From positions 81,902,001-81,966,000 of the forward strand of contig NC_087439.1 of assembly GCF_036321535.1 (NCBI RefSeq): a stretch of DNA of 64,000 nucleotides, written 5' to 3'. The DNA is from Camelus dromedarius. Lineage: Eukaryota. A program made the position numbers and the translations under genes. Position 1 is the first letter of the stretch; every line of letters begins with the position of its first letter. Below are positions 29,861-49,423 of this stretch, in pieces. Below the pieces are notes generated by a model that did no database searches, had not been told where the DNA came from, and worked only from the letters and a program-made list of their open reading frames with translations.

Positions 29861-32800
29861 TTATACTGCCTTCTGGCTACACAGAAAGAATACTAAATTA
29901 GAGATCAAGACATGAGTTTGAATCCTAGTTTTATGAGCTCCATATAATGTTGATAAGCACACATTTAAAATAATACAAAAATTACCTGGCTGTTCAGCTT
30001 CATGTCTCTAGCCATTTCCTCCTCTAATTTGATAGTCCAACCACACAGGTGTTTATAAGTCTTTCTCTTGCCTCATTCCTTTGCACCTGTGTCTCTCTCA
30101 GTCTGGAACACGGTTCCCTACTTTCCACTTGGCCAACTCTGACTCATTCTTCATGACCAGGGTTATATTTTCTTTCCCATTTTTCTATGTATTTATCTTT
30201 TTTGTTCTGCTTTCTAAAATATTTTCTCACTTTTACACTGCAACCAGTCTTCTGAATTTTTAATTTCTGTGATTATATTTTTTATGTCTAAGCACTTTGT
30301 TTTCTGAATATCCCTATTTATAGTTTCTTGCTCTTGTGTGTTAGCGGAAAAGCCACTCTCTGAAGATATTGTACTAGTCATTATGAGTATGTTATAGTCA
30401 TATTATTAAAAATATAGGTACATTAATTATATTTTTATGTTCCCTGTATTGTCCCTGTAAATCCACCTTTACATTTGTTTCTTTATTTTGGTCTGTCTTT
30501 CATGATGGAGACTTCCCGCAAACCCTAGTTTGCTCCAACATACTCTTAAAGGTCAACTGAATGCTCTCTAGACACAGGTAAGACTGATTGGTTGGCATCT
30601 TCCCTGTAGGGTGACTTGGCAGAGAGCCATTTAGTTGGGAATCCCCAAATGCCAATATCCATGGATCTTTTGTTTGAGGCTGGTCAGTTTCCCTGGAGAA
30701 GAACTCAGCAATCTCCAGCCTGGGAAATATAAACTTGGGCACCTGTGCTCTAGAAGCCAGGTGGGATAAGGCTGTGGTTTCACCTCCTCTCCCTAAGTCC
30801 AGGGTCACTCCAGTTCACTCTTTCTAGAGAGAATGCCCCTGCCTTCTGTTGAGGTGGAACAAGTCCAATCACCTGGCTGCTCAGGTTAGAGGAGGAATCT
30901 GGGAATACAACAGCTCCTTATATAGATTTTAAATTCATCCTTCTGTTTTCAGCCTCATCCTTCCATCCCACCTTCAGAGGTACTTGCTGCTTCCCATCCA
31001 GAGCCTTTCTAAGGCTCTACAATCCAAACTGGCTCATTCCTTGTCATTTAGCACTTAGGTTTCAGCTTTCTCAGATCCCTAGTCATCCCTCTTCCTTTAG
31101 CTTTCCATCTTCCAAAGTATTTTTGTCCTATCTCCATGAAGTCTTTCTTCTTCTGTTCTCTTTATTTTATTGTTATTTTAGTGGAGTTTGAGAAGGGAGC
31201 AAACAAAATGTGTGTTTAATCTACTATATTTAACAGAAAGTCTTTTTTCCACCTTCCTAGCCTCTTGTGCACTCAGTCTTCCTCTGTACTCTACCTGCGA
31301 TAATCTGTAACATTTGTAATGCTCTCCTATGCCCTTCCTGTGGCTGGAATACCTTTGGCATCTTGTCTGCCTGGAGAGCTCTCACTGTCTCTCCCCAAAC
31401 TCACTTCCAGGCATTACTGGCTCCCTTTTCTGTGTAGCTATAGCTCTACACATACATCCATTAGAGCATGGTTTCCAAACTGAGGGTCATGAAATCAGTG
31501 GGTCATAAAATCAATTTAGCGGTCCTTAAATAAAATTTATTTTATATTTATATACTAGCATGTAAGATACATTTTGTGCTGTGGGTCAAGGTTGAATAAG
31601 TTTGAAAGCCATTGTACTAGGGCACTTTTCACTTTGAATTAGTTCTTTATGTATCTTTACTATTAGACATTGAACAACTAGGTGGTAGAGACCATGAGTT
31701 ACTCACCTCTATGCCCAGGGCCTAGTATAAGGTCTGGTAAGACTTGGTCAATATTTAGTGGATGGAATCAAATATATGTGAAATCACTCTGTAACCTATA
31801 AAATCATAGAAATTTGAACTATGTGTCTAAACTAGGAGTCTATGATTAATTCACAGAAGATCTAGGGCACTTAATGACAAGTGACTGAGTATTGTTGCAA
31901 AGATTATACATCACATACCTGAGAAAGAAAGGCAGACCTCAGCGAAGGCAGAGAGCTATGCTGGTCTCCTAATGTCCTGGGGTCTGAAGTCAGTTCCAAT
32001 CAAAGAGCTTCCCTATCCTGGTTATCTCACTTAGATATTTAATTATGTACATTGCTCTGATAAAGTGTTTGATTATTGATAACCCATGGAGAGAGTTAGG
32101 ATTTTCCACAGTCTGAGAAAACTACTACTTAAGATTCTTCTTTTCAGTTGTTAAGGAGGTTATAGAGTCCGTCTAGGGGAGACAACACTGTATAATGAAA
32201 GAACACGGGATTTCAGACAATGCAAAAACCTGGGTCCAGATCCCATCTCTATAAGCAAATAATTTCATCTCTCTCAACTTCAGTTTTCTTATCTGCAAAA
32301 TAGGAATACATAATATTTACTACAAAAGGTTTCCATGGGAGATTTAAATAACTAAGATGTGACTAATGGTAGCACAGGACAGTCAGCAAAACAGTTTATC
32401 TTTCCCTAGTGTGCACTGTTTCTCCGAGAGTCAACTGAGGAGGAGGAAAACCTCTAAACATATACCATTAAACTAATATTCGAGGAGAATTAGGCCCGAG
32501 ATACCCTTGCTGACATCCTCACTTTAACCTTGTCTGCTTGAAACTGGCTGCAGCTGAAGTAAGAGGCATCTGGCAGTGACTCCACCTGCTGATTCATAGA
32601 GGAGCTGATTTCTGCTGTTCCTGTGGGAGGCTGCAGCTCAGCTACAACAGCTGAAGCACAAAGCTGCTTAGCAGGTCTGCATGTGCTTTGTTGGTCTATA
32701 ATAAAAGAGATTTAAGCCATGCTCAATTGTTAATTGATATCTTCTGACACAGCTTGTTCAATGTGGCAAGTGTTATTGGATTTCTCTCAATGTTATCCTT

Positions 32801-33042
32801 TATTCCGGGAACAAGGAATATACATCCATACCCTGTATTAGGAAGAGGTGGCTTTGGTATGTTCATCATCCTTTATAAATCTTGGGAAGCTCCTGGGCTG
32901 CTGATCAGCATGGACAGCTTAATCTGGACTATAACTCATCAGGAAAAGTTTTACCTGAGAACAGAAAGGCTGTGAGGGCTTCATTTTCTCTTGTGGTCTC
33001 TGAAGCAAGTCTGTCATGGCAGTTAAAACATTCTGGCTCATG

Positions 33043-33318
33043 GAGGTTCGGGTATAGCTCAGTGATAGAGCTGCATCAATCTCTAGTACCTCCATTAAGA
33101 AAAATAAGGAGGGGGAGGTTATAGGTCAGTGGTAGAGCACATGCTTAGCATGCATGAGGTCCTGGGTTCAATCCCCAGTACCTCCATTAAATAAAACAAG
33201 TAAATAAAAACCTAATTACTCCCCCTGCAAAAAAATAAATAAATAAAAGAAAATAAGTAAATAAACAAACCTAATTACCTTCCCCCACCACACACACACA
33301 CACACACACACACAAAAT
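33043..33318 (+). mobile_element. Nested Vic-1-like SINEs (full copy inside an internally deleted copy) with (CA)n tail
   Basis: Outer TSD cattctggctcatg at 33029-33042 and 33319-33332. Inner TSD aagaaaa(a)taag at 33097-33108 and 33247-33257. Confidence 0.82.
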
Positions 33319-34486
33319 CATTCTGGCTCATGCTCAAGAGAGAGCTCCAAAGATTTTATTTTTAGGGTTCTCTAAGCCTTTGGTTATCTGAACATTTGTG
33401 AAGTGGGAGTAGGGAGAGAGGCAGCATTTATCTTTGTTTAGTCTATTCCAAACAAGGTTCTAAAAACTGGAAGCAGACAGTTCTAAAGCCATCAATGTAG
33501 AGAGAAAAACAATTAATAAATAAAATTCTTAAAACCAAATGATTATAGTTTAACATGAAAAAAATTATTTAATATCAGACAGTTATATATTAAAACAAAA
33601 TAAGTATTTACACAGCCCTGGAAGTCATTTAAAATTAAAAACAAGTAAACAGGATATTAAAGCACAAAATATAATATCACTATATCAGGAGTCTTTCCAG
33701 AGCCTTGAGGGGAAGATCTCTAAAGTGACTGGGAAGCTCAGTGATTCTTCCACGGCTACCACCACAGCCACCACCATATGTAGACAATACACCAACAAAA
33801 AGTTCCAACTGGGTGAATCAAGTGTTCATTTTTATTAAGATGAGCTGCCACAATAGGTGTATCACAAAGGAAGCTTTGGTTTGCAAAATGTAGATTGCTA
33901 ACCAGAGGCCAGATGTGGTATCCTGGGGGGGTTGGTTAACTTATCAATGACCCTGAATCTTTTCTTCTCTGCCATCTTCAGCATGTTGACTTGTCTTCTC
34001 GGCTGGGCTCCACTATGGTCACAAAATGGCTGCCTGAGTGCTAGATGTCACAGGTAATGTCCAGAGTAGAAATAAATAGATTATCTGCACATATAAAAGT
34101 TTTATTTAAATAATTTAAATTATTTAAATAATTAATGAGGGAACTGGTAAAGAATACCTAAAGTTGGTTTTGAATGTTTTCAGGAAAGAAATGTATACAT
34201 ACCAATAAATTTAAAAAAATTGCTAGGTTAGATACAAAACTGAGTAACATTCCACAGGGCTAAAAAATAACACCTTTTGGGTTAATGTTTCTTCATGACT
34301 ATATAGGAAAAACATCTTGTCAATTTTCTACAGGTTCATATTGCAGAACTGTAAACACTATGCTTTTATCAGTAGTGGATTGCTAGTCAAATAGACTGTA
34401 AGAACAGTTGCATTCCCAAGAGTATCAGATGAAGGTCAAGTTGGCTTATTAGGAAAACTCTAGCATTATATTTAAAAAAGAATGAT

Positions 34487-34630
34487 GGGGGAGAGTATAG
34501 CTCAGTGATAGAGTGTATGTTTAGCATGCACGAGGTCCTTAGTTCAATCTCCCAGTATCTTCATTAAAACAAACAAACAAATAAATATCTAATTACTACC
34601 CCCCCAAAAAAAACTTAAAAAAAATAAAAA
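34487..34630 (+). mobile_element. tRNA-derived SINE (Vic-1-like, diverged)
   Basis: gtatagctcagtgatagag...gttcaatctccc with an A-rich tail, flanked by aatgat on both sides. Confidence 0.82.
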
Positions 34631-35199
34631 ATGATCATCATTTTGTCTTTTTTTAAAGTTTGGGATAAATTTTTCTTTCAGATACAAATTGTTTTACATG
34701 CCTTAACAAAGGGGAATGAGGGAAGTTTAGTTAGCTAAGGGAAGTTGGGTTTTTTCCCAAACTGAAGTTTGTAGCCCCTTAATGGGATGGTGGGATGGAA
34801 ATCAAAGTAGTGTATGGTAAGTAGCATTTTAAAAAAGTGAAATGTAACAGAATACCAAAGTATATCAAACATAATAAGGTCAAGTATCAGGTATGTATGT
34901 GTGTTGGGTTATAAAACGTAGTTCTAATGTGGGTAATATTTTAAAAGTTTGAAAAACTGACTTAGACCATTTAAGACATACTGGGGGCTGCAAGGGGACC
35001 CATGCAAAACACAACTGCTTGGAAAAGGATGATTAAAATCAGAGTTTTGTCTTCAAGGAGGGAGCAGGGGAATGGCTCTTGGGTAAGACAACCAATAGAG
35101 TGGTCTACAACAGGAGACTGAGTGGTGCTTGATTCTGCTGTTCTCATCCTCAGACCCCTTGAGCTACACAATCTTGGCTGCTGTGTGCCTTTAAGTGAC

Positions 35200-35640
35200 C
35201 CACCACCTGCTTCATTACTTCAAGCTCAGGATGGCTCAAATATCATGAAAGTCTTCCTTTATTTCACTTTGTGACACTAGTTGTCCCCCAAATATCTGTT
35301 CTCCTTCACTGACATACAGGGGCAGGTTGGCTGTGCAAGTTAGATGTGGAGGAGTTATCATCCTCAGCAGTAACACCCAACTTATGGAAGACAGGAGTCA
35401 GCCCAGCCTCCTGTCCTTTTAGAAGGACAATTCTGAGGTGTATTTTATATACTTCCTCCTAGGGTTCCCAGTGGAACTGAGCTCCTATTACCACAGTAGT
35501 AACCTACTGGTTTTCCTTCCTTCCCTGTCCCCCTCCTTCCTACTCTCTTAACTCTGGCTAGGATTACCTCCTACATGAATTATCTACATCCAAATCCTTG
35601 TCTCAGGTTATGCTTTTGGGGGAACACAAACTTAGATACC
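35200..35640 (+). mobile_element. ERVL LTR (LTR16-like)
   Basis: The 3' end caaatccttgtctcaggttatgcttttgggggaacacaaacttaga resembles the recalled LTR16 terminus. Confidence 0.55.
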
Positions 35641-35924
35641 CAACATAGGTCAGATGACTACTCCCAGACCAGTCATCTTTGGTAGGGACAGAAACATGGC
35701 TGCCCAGAGCCTACCCTAGGGTGTGAGGATGGGTTGAAAGAAGCAGCTGCCAGAATTTCCCAAAGGATTGGCCAAAGGTGTTCCATACACTAACTGAATA
35801 TTTGGCTGAACTTTTGCATAAAGGTAGGTCAGGGTGTTTCCTGCAGATAAGGTCAGGATTTTTCTTTAAAAAATTTTCCTGAATACTTCATGCTTTCTTA
35901 GGAAATAGAATTTCTTTTCTTTTC

Positions 35925-36490
35925 TTTTTTTGCCTCAATTACAGCAACAGCCTTCTACCTGGTGTCCCTTCTTCCAATCTGTTCTCCACTCTAAAAGAAG
36001 AGTGACTTTCCCAAAATACAAATCTGATCATATTACTCCTCTGCTTAAAGCTGTCTATAGTTTCTCATTATATTTGTTAAAATTCTCAATACTAAAGTGG
36101 CCTCTGCAACCTGAGGTCCTGAGGTGATTTGACCCCTCTCTCCACCTTTATCACCTGCCAAGCTGCCTCTTACACCCTAAGATCCAGATGTTGCAAGCTT
36201 TTAAAAGCTCATCTAAAGGATCTTGTTCCTGCTTATCTCCAGGTCTTTGTCTCTGCTGTTTCCTCTGCTTGGAATACCATCTCCTTCCACCTCATTCCTT
36301 TCTCCCTTGATCTTCACCTACTCAATATCTACTCACCCTCCAGGTTTTGGCTTGAATAACACTTGTCAACTTAAGAATGGGGGTAACTGAAATGTACTGC
36401 CATATTGCCCTGTACTTCCCAGTCTTTGCATGTATCATCCAGTGACAGGCATGTGGGAGGACACTCAGTATATTGTTGAATGAAGGAAGG
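35925..36490 (+). mobile_element. L2a LINE 3' fragment
   Basis: Contains aaatctgatcatattactcctctgcttaaa...ctgtttcctctgcttggaatac...tattgttgaatgaagg. Confidence 0.65.
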
Positions 36491-37044
36491 AATTGCATGG
36501 ATTCTCCTGGGTTTTCTGGAAGGATTGCCCAAGCCAGCTTGGTGATTTTCACTTTAGGTGGAGCTGACTCCCATCCCCTGAACATGAAATGCAGGCCTGG
36601 CCCATCAGAACATCACATACCACAGGTCAGGGTTTGGTAGATGATCCAAGTCAAGGCAATAGGGCAAGTCAGAGATGACATTAGGCCTTCTACTTGAAGA
36701 ACCAGGAAAAAATGGCTTTAATTTCCACTAGCCTTAGAGCTGTAAGGATGTAAGGCTCAGATACAGAGGGAAACAGACCCAAAAGTTGGAGGGACAGAGG
36801 GAGAAGAGAAGGCTCCTCATTTCCAATTGCAGCATGGTTATTTCTAAATTTTGGAGAACACTGTTCAACTCTAAGTCTATTTCACCTGTTTATCTGTCCT
36901 TCCCAAACTTATGGGAAGGTAAGGGTGCAAACAAGCCTATGCATGAGGGGACAGAGGGGCATGTGGGAAGCAAAACGTGCTCAAGTAGGTCTCAACCTGG
37001 GGCTCCCTAAGGCAAAGCAGGACATCAATCCAGTAACTCTCTAG

Positions 37045-37500
37045 TTTCATTCAAGAAACATTTAATAAGTACTCAGAACATTCTAGGCTTGTGTTTTTCA
37101 AAGTGTAATACATGGATAACCCGTGTCAGAATTCTGGTATGCTTCCTACTGAATCAGAAGCCACCACCCACCTCCATCCTGCTCAGGAATCTGCATTTTA
37201 AACCAGCACCCAACAGGTGATTCGGATTCACAATGAAGTCTGAAAACCACATAGTTTCAGGCACGGTGCCAGGTGCTGGGACCTAATACAAGGCAAGGGA
37301 GATGCGGTCCCTGACTGCCCAGTATATTTACATGGGGGAGTGAAGGAACAGCTAATTACAATACGGTGACAGGGTGCTAGAACAGAAGCAGGAAGCCCAC
37401 AAAAGAGGAGCGCTTAGCTCAAACTGGGGAGGGTCAGAGAAGTCTTACAGAAAGGACATCGAAAATAAACCTGCAGGAGCTACAGCTCTGGAGAGAAATG
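37045..37500 (-). mobile_element. L2 fragment interrupted by a MER5-like element (~37090-37250)
   Basis: ttcattcaagaaacatttaataag...[aggaatctgcattttaaaccagcacccaacaggtgattc]...gtgccaggtgctggg. Confidence 0.55.
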
Positions 37501-37639
37501 CATTCTTCAGATAAATAAGGGCGTCATCAGCTTACGGAGAGTAAGCACAGCAGTGGCCGTGAACAAATGGCTAGGGAGAGGGTGTAGAGTGAGAAGCGGG
37601 CGTAGGACTCAATTGTGATGACCCCAAACCACCCTAGAC

Positions 37640-38480
37640 TTCCACTGTATCTTATGTCCTTCGTCGGCCCTTTCGCCCTTCGTGGAGCTTGGCCCGCGCC
37701 GAAGATCACCAACCCGTGTGAGGGCCACCCACTCACCCAGAGCCATCCAGCTCCAAACCTTCCGGACCAAGGTGGGGCGGGGCTCGGCTTCTCCTGGGTG
37801 CTTCCCTTCGCCGCCCGGAGACTTCGCGGGACGTGCTCGCCCTGCGCGATGACGTCAGCGCGCCCGCGTGCGCCAGGGCAGGAGTGGGAGCTGCGGCCCT
37901 GGAGGCGCTGAGGCTCGGGTAACCTGGGCCCGGCCTGGGAGAGGCGGGGCAAGGGGTCCCCTAGATTGCGGGGTCGCGGTCCGGACCCGGAGCGGGAGTC
38001 CTAGAGGAGCTCAGCATCGCTTCTTCTCCCAGCAGGCCCTGCCCGGCCCAGCGATGGAGTTTCCGGACCTCGGGGCTCACTGTTCCGAACCGAGCTGTCA
38101 GCGTTTGGGTGAGGGGGTGGGGGGCGGAGCATGCGGGGGGCGGAGCCAGGCCGAGAGGGCCTTGGAACTGCAGGTTGTAGGAAGGGTGGGCTCCTGGACT
38201 GGACTTGCCAGAGAAGGGCGGGGCTCGAAGTTGGGGGCGTGGCTGAGATGATGGGCTAGGGCAAGGATACAGTTTATTGCCATTACGGTGGCGTTTTTCC
38301 CTCCCCTGAGTGGAAGGCTTGAGTGAGCGGGAACGATGTCGAGGTCACGCTGGACCTGCAATCCGACCTGCTTCCTGCAGATTTTCTGCCGCTCAAGTGC
38401 GACGCCTGCTCGGGCATCTTTTGCGCAGACCATGTAGCCTACGCCCAGCATCACTGTGGATCTGCCTACCAAAAGGTGAG
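37640..38480 (+). promoter_or_regulatory. ZFAND2B: ZFAND2B CpG-island promoter
   Basis: GC box at ~37784 and a perfect CRE TGACGTCA at 37850-37857. Non-coding exon donor at 37919 (GTAACC) and tandem acceptor CAGCAG at 38030-38035. Confidence 0.75.
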
Positions 38481-40392
38481 GGGGCGTCTGAGGTCGAAAG
38501 GGGGCGCGTGGAGGATGCCTGCAGAATCTCTGGAATCCCTCTGCAGCTCATTTCCTCTCTCTCTCTCTTTTTTTTTTTTTTTTCTTTCTGAGGCTCAGTG
38601 CAGGGAACATTGTGTTTCCTTTTGCGTTTATGTCGTGGGCATATCCAGGTTCTTTCAGGACCAGAGATTTGGTTGGACTGAGAGTAGGCCACAAACCGAC
38701 CCTTGCTCCCTAACCACAGGATATCCAGGTACCTGTATGCCCACTCTGTAATGTGCCTGTACCTGTGGCCAGAGGGGAGCCCCCTGACCGCGCTGTTGGG
38801 GAGCACATTGACCGAGACTGCCGCTCTGATCCAGCCCAGCAAAAACGTAAGGTAAGCATTGGAGGGGTTAACCATGGTCAGCTGGGACTGCAAATGCCTG
38901 GAAATCTGAACAACTGTTACGATGGAGTTTAAGGGGAATCAGAGTCTCAGAAAAGACAATTTTTCCTACTCCATCTCAGATCTTCACCAATAAGTGTGAA
39001 CGCTCTGGCTGCCGGCAGCGGGAAATGATGAAACTGACCTGCGAGCGCTGTACCCGAAACTTCTGCATCAAGCACCGTCACCCACTGGACCATGATTGCT
39101 CTGGGGAGGGGCACCAAACCAGTAGGGCGGGGTAACTGCAATGGGGCCCTTTACTTGCCTTTGGGGCCATTCCATCCTTTTAGAACTGACTCAACTTCCA
39201 TCATTATAGTTGGGAAGCTTCAACCTGTCCCCTTTAGCTACGGGAGTCTTATTTCCTTTCTAAGTGCATGTTTTCCAGACCTTTTGGAGGCGCTTCTCTC
39301 CTAACTTCCTGGGTCAGGCCTGGGGGGAAACTTGCAAGCTGCACCTGGAGGCATGCCACGGGTGTCTCTTCTACAGACTTGCCGCCATCTCCAGAGCACA
39401 AAGCCTAGCTTCTTCTACAAAGACCAACCCCAGCCCAAATCAGACCTTGCCTTCATCTACCTCTGCCAGCAGGTAGGCCTGCCTGTTTCTCCTCTCCCCT
39501 TTTTCCATTCACATCTCTGACCTCAGCCTCTTGAATGTCTGCCATAGAGCCACAACTCAGTCTCCATCTCGGACAGCCCCTCCAGTGATTGCTTTGCAAA
39601 ATGGCTTGGTGAGTTGGGTAGAGGTCAGATTGACAAAAGCAAACTCAGTGAGAGTGAAGTCCAAGGCAACTGGTCTTATTTTCCCTTTTGCAGAGTGAGG
39701 ATGAGGCTCTGCAGCGAGCCCTTGAACTGTCCCTGGCAGAGACCAAACCCCAGATCCCAAGGTACCTACTCTCTGGTGAAAGAGGGTGGGATGTGGGCAA
39801 GGACTCTGGAGGGAGGTACGTAGGACCACTCTGCCCCAATGCATGATAATAGTTAGGAACCTGGGCTTAAAATTAAGTTTTTGAACTATATGACCCTTTG
39901 ACAAGTTCTTTAACCCATTAGGGTCATAACTTCCTCTATAAAGTGGGGACAACACTAATACTTACCTAGTAAGGTTGCTATGAAAATTGAGGTATACTCA
40001 AAAGTGCTCAGCAGAGTGATGCGTAACAGATGAGATGCTCACATTTTAGATACTATCATCCAGTTTAAGCCGTTCCTCTCTCCCAGTTCTCAGGAGGAAG
40101 AAGACTTAGCTTTAGCACAAGCACTATCAGCCAGTGAGGCAGAATACCGACAGCAGCAGGTATGGGGATGGGGTAGAAACAGGGATTTTCAGGGGGTGGG
40201 GGTGTTCTTCTGAGTGGTTTGGAATGATGTTTATCCTTTTATTTTCAATGTGACTCCAGCCCATGCTGAGCTCTGTAGGGAGGACTGTCCCCCTCATTTC
40301 CTTGACGTTGCACCCTGTCTTCCTCTTCTTCCCTCTCCTTGCTCCAGGCTCAAAGCCGCAGCTTGAAGCCGTCCAACTGCAACCTGTGCTAG
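38054..40392 (+). CDS. ZFAND2B: AN1-type zinc finger protein 2B (AIRAPL), 9 coding exons, 258 aa
   Basis: Exons: 38054-38108, 38381-38475, 38720-38851, 38980-39131, 39377-39472, 39548-39608, 39694-39761, 40087-40159, 40348-40392 (TAG). It has two AN1 fingers, two UIMs (SEDEALQRALELSL, QEEEDLALAQALSAS) and a CaaX end CNLC. Confidence 0.97.
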
Positions 40393-40710
40393 GGCCTTGG
40401 GCTTGGGGAGGGAGGCTCAGCTGAGGAGGACTGTGGCCCTCGCACCTCTAGGGTCCACAGGGAGAGGAGGCCTGGAGCAGCCTGGACTGAAGATGAGGAG
40501 GAGTGACATGGAGGCCACCTCCAGGGAGCATCAGGAGAAACAGCTTGCAGAGCTGAGCCTACAGATGGCTCTGCTGGCCTGTCCAGCTGCACGGAAGAGA
40601 GCAACTCTGAACTATTCCCTGGCCAGGCCCCACTTAGACTCCTGCATCTTGTCATCTCCTGTATACTGGGGTTGACCCCACGTATAGGGGGCAGGGAGGG
40701 GCCTAGAAAG

Positions 40711-40716
40711 AATAAA
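40711..40716 (+). terminator. ZFAND2B: ZFAND2B poly(A) signal
   Basis: AATAAA ~320 nt after the stop codon. Confidence 0.75.
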
Positions 40717-40874
40717 GGATCTTGGCAGTCAATAAGACATCAAAGGGGTGTTTCTTTCTCCTCTCCGACCAAAAATGAAAGAGTCCTGTCAAGAATGCTT
40801 ACCTGACCTAAGGGTAGAGGCCCACTGCAATCCCCACACCACAAACTCACCGTGATCCTAGCACAGTCCACACT

Positions 40875-40880
40875 TTTATT
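40875..40880 (-). terminator. ABCB6: ABCB6 poly(A) signal
   Basis: tttatt on the plus strand, ~140 nt after the stop codon. Confidence 0.75.
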
Positions 40881-41021
40881 TCCCCAAAAAGTCCTTTTCT
40901 GAAAGGCCCCTTTCCTTCATTATAGCTAGCACCAAGACCAGGATGAAATATGGCAGGGAAGAGGTATACAATGTATTTCCCTTGGAGCAATCCTTTGGGA
41001 GGGAAGTATCCACAACTTTTG

Positions 41022-47699
<6,678 letters not shown>

Positions 47700-48300
47700 G
47701 GCAATGTGTGGCCGCCCGCCAAGGCTGCGGGGACTGTGAGACGTGAGAACTGGACCGGCCGCTCGGGGTGGGGCGCGGAATCCCAGATGTCTTGGGTCAT
47801 GGAGCCTCAGGGCTATGCCGCGAGTGTCGTGGGACAGGGACGCACGTGGACCCCACCACACCACCCACTCTCTTCGCGCACGCGCCGCCGTCACGCACTC
47901 ACGCCGTCTCGGCCGCCCGCCCCACGCTCGCGGCCGGGGACCTTCGGGCCAAGTCGGGGCTCACGGGAATGTTCAGTATCTGACTCCAGCCGTTCCCTTC
48001 CGCAGCAGCCCCGTCCTCCAAGACTGCCCCCCGCCCCTATCCAGGGTCCCCATTGGCCGAATGTCTCCGAAGGGGCGGGGAAAATAGTGCACGCACAGGA
48101 AGGCAAAATAGATCGGCTGAGCCGGCACGGTCACGTGTTCAGGGCGGGAAATCTGACCGCACGTCCTGCCGGAGTCCTTGACCTCTACGGATCAGAAGCT
48201 GCCCTTCCGCTCTCCGACTAGGTCGGTATATCCCGAGTTCCCACATAGGCCAGCTTTCCCACGGGGCGAACCCAGTCCCTACCCACCTGGGTGGATCACA
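47700..48300 (-). promoter_or_regulatory. ABCB6: ABCB6 CpG-island promoter
   Basis: CCAAT (attgg at ~48052), GC box at ~48073, E-boxes GTCACGTGT at 48130-48138 and CACGTG at 47843-47848. Confidence 0.75.
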
Positions 48301-48363
48301 ACACCCAACTCCGCTTATCTAGCCGCGTGAGACAACAAGCTGCGACCTGGTCAACGTCCCTTC

Positions 48364-48369
48364 TTTATT
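48364..48369 (-). terminator. ATG9A: ATG9A poly(A) signal
   Basis: tttatt on the plus strand, ~1055 nt past the stop codon. Confidence 0.72.
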
Positions 48370-49423
48370 AAGGATTGTTAAGCTGTACACGGTCCCCACC
48401 CCATTCCGCTGAGTTCGGGATGTGTCGTTCACCTCTCTCCCGCAGCGGACCAGGGCTGAGTGAGGGGTGGGGCGGAAGAAGGAGCTGAGTCCCAGCATGC
48501 AACGCGGCGGCCCAAAGCCTAGGGCAAAGCCGTTCCGTCGCCCCTCCATCCCCCTCTAGGGGACAGCGGGATGCAGACCAGAACTCTCTTGCTGGGAGAT
48601 AAACAGCTGAGGGCACACTCCAGCCCTGTCCACCCCATGTGCAGGTGGTGGGGGATACAATAAGCAGCAGTGGGGCCCAAGAAGGCCTCAGTCTCCCGGG
48701 GGCTTATGCTAAAAGTTGGAGAAAGGAGCAAAGAATTTCCATCCTGCACCTGCGATTTACAAACCTTCCTTCTTAGTGTCAAAAGATATCGTGAGGGGAG
48801 CTGGGAGCTAGGAGCTAGAGCCTCCACACCAACACAAAGCAAAAGCTGAACAGAAGGGGAGCAAGCGAACAGAACAGGCGCAAGCGGCACACATGCCAGA
48901 GATGTGCAGGAAGCAGGGGAGAGGTGAGCAGGCTGCAGCACTGGGAGAGAACTGGGGGTGAGGTAAGGGCCACAGCCTGGGCTGCTCATCTGTTCAGGGT
49001 GGGGGGAGGGAGGCTGCAGAGGTTGAGGGTTCAGACCCAACCTCCCCACTCCACAGTTGGCACAGGTTCTCCCTGCTTGGCAGCTTCTGTGGTGGGCAGT
49101 CCTCTGGAGACTTGCAGGGGTGGGTGCAAAGGTGGCAGTACTGGGGCTGGGCTGGGGACCAGTTTCTAGCACCACACTCTGAGCCAAGGGGGGTCCTGGG
49201 GATGAGGCTAGAGTCCTGTGTGCCATGGTTTCTAGGCCCCCAGTCTCTCTCCTGGGGCTGTGGTGAGCCCAGTGTTGGCACCTCCCTTGGCCAGGCACAG
49301 ACACACAAACACCACACGCGTGGAGCCAGGCAACACTCCGAGGAGCCCTCCATGGCGGGCGGATGGGATGGCAGGGCAACGGTGGCCTCCATCCTGGGGC
49401 ATAGGGACCTTCTTCCACCTTGT

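Noticed and set aside
30480-33020. Probable ancient L1ME/LTR remnants and short ORFs in the intergenic block
   Set aside because: They are too degraded to assign by eye and show no coding signal. RepeatMasker is needed.
38847-38857. Extra GTAAGG 5 nt upstream of the ZFAND2B exon donor
   Set aside because: It has poor exonic context (AAC|) compared with the in-frame AAG|GTAAGC. Such overlaps are common and there is no evidence of use.
47700-47894. Upstream in-frame extension of ABCB6 in the ORF track
   Set aside because: It starts at a non-ATG codon in a GC-rich UTR. The conserved start MVTVGNYCE has a strong Kozak context.
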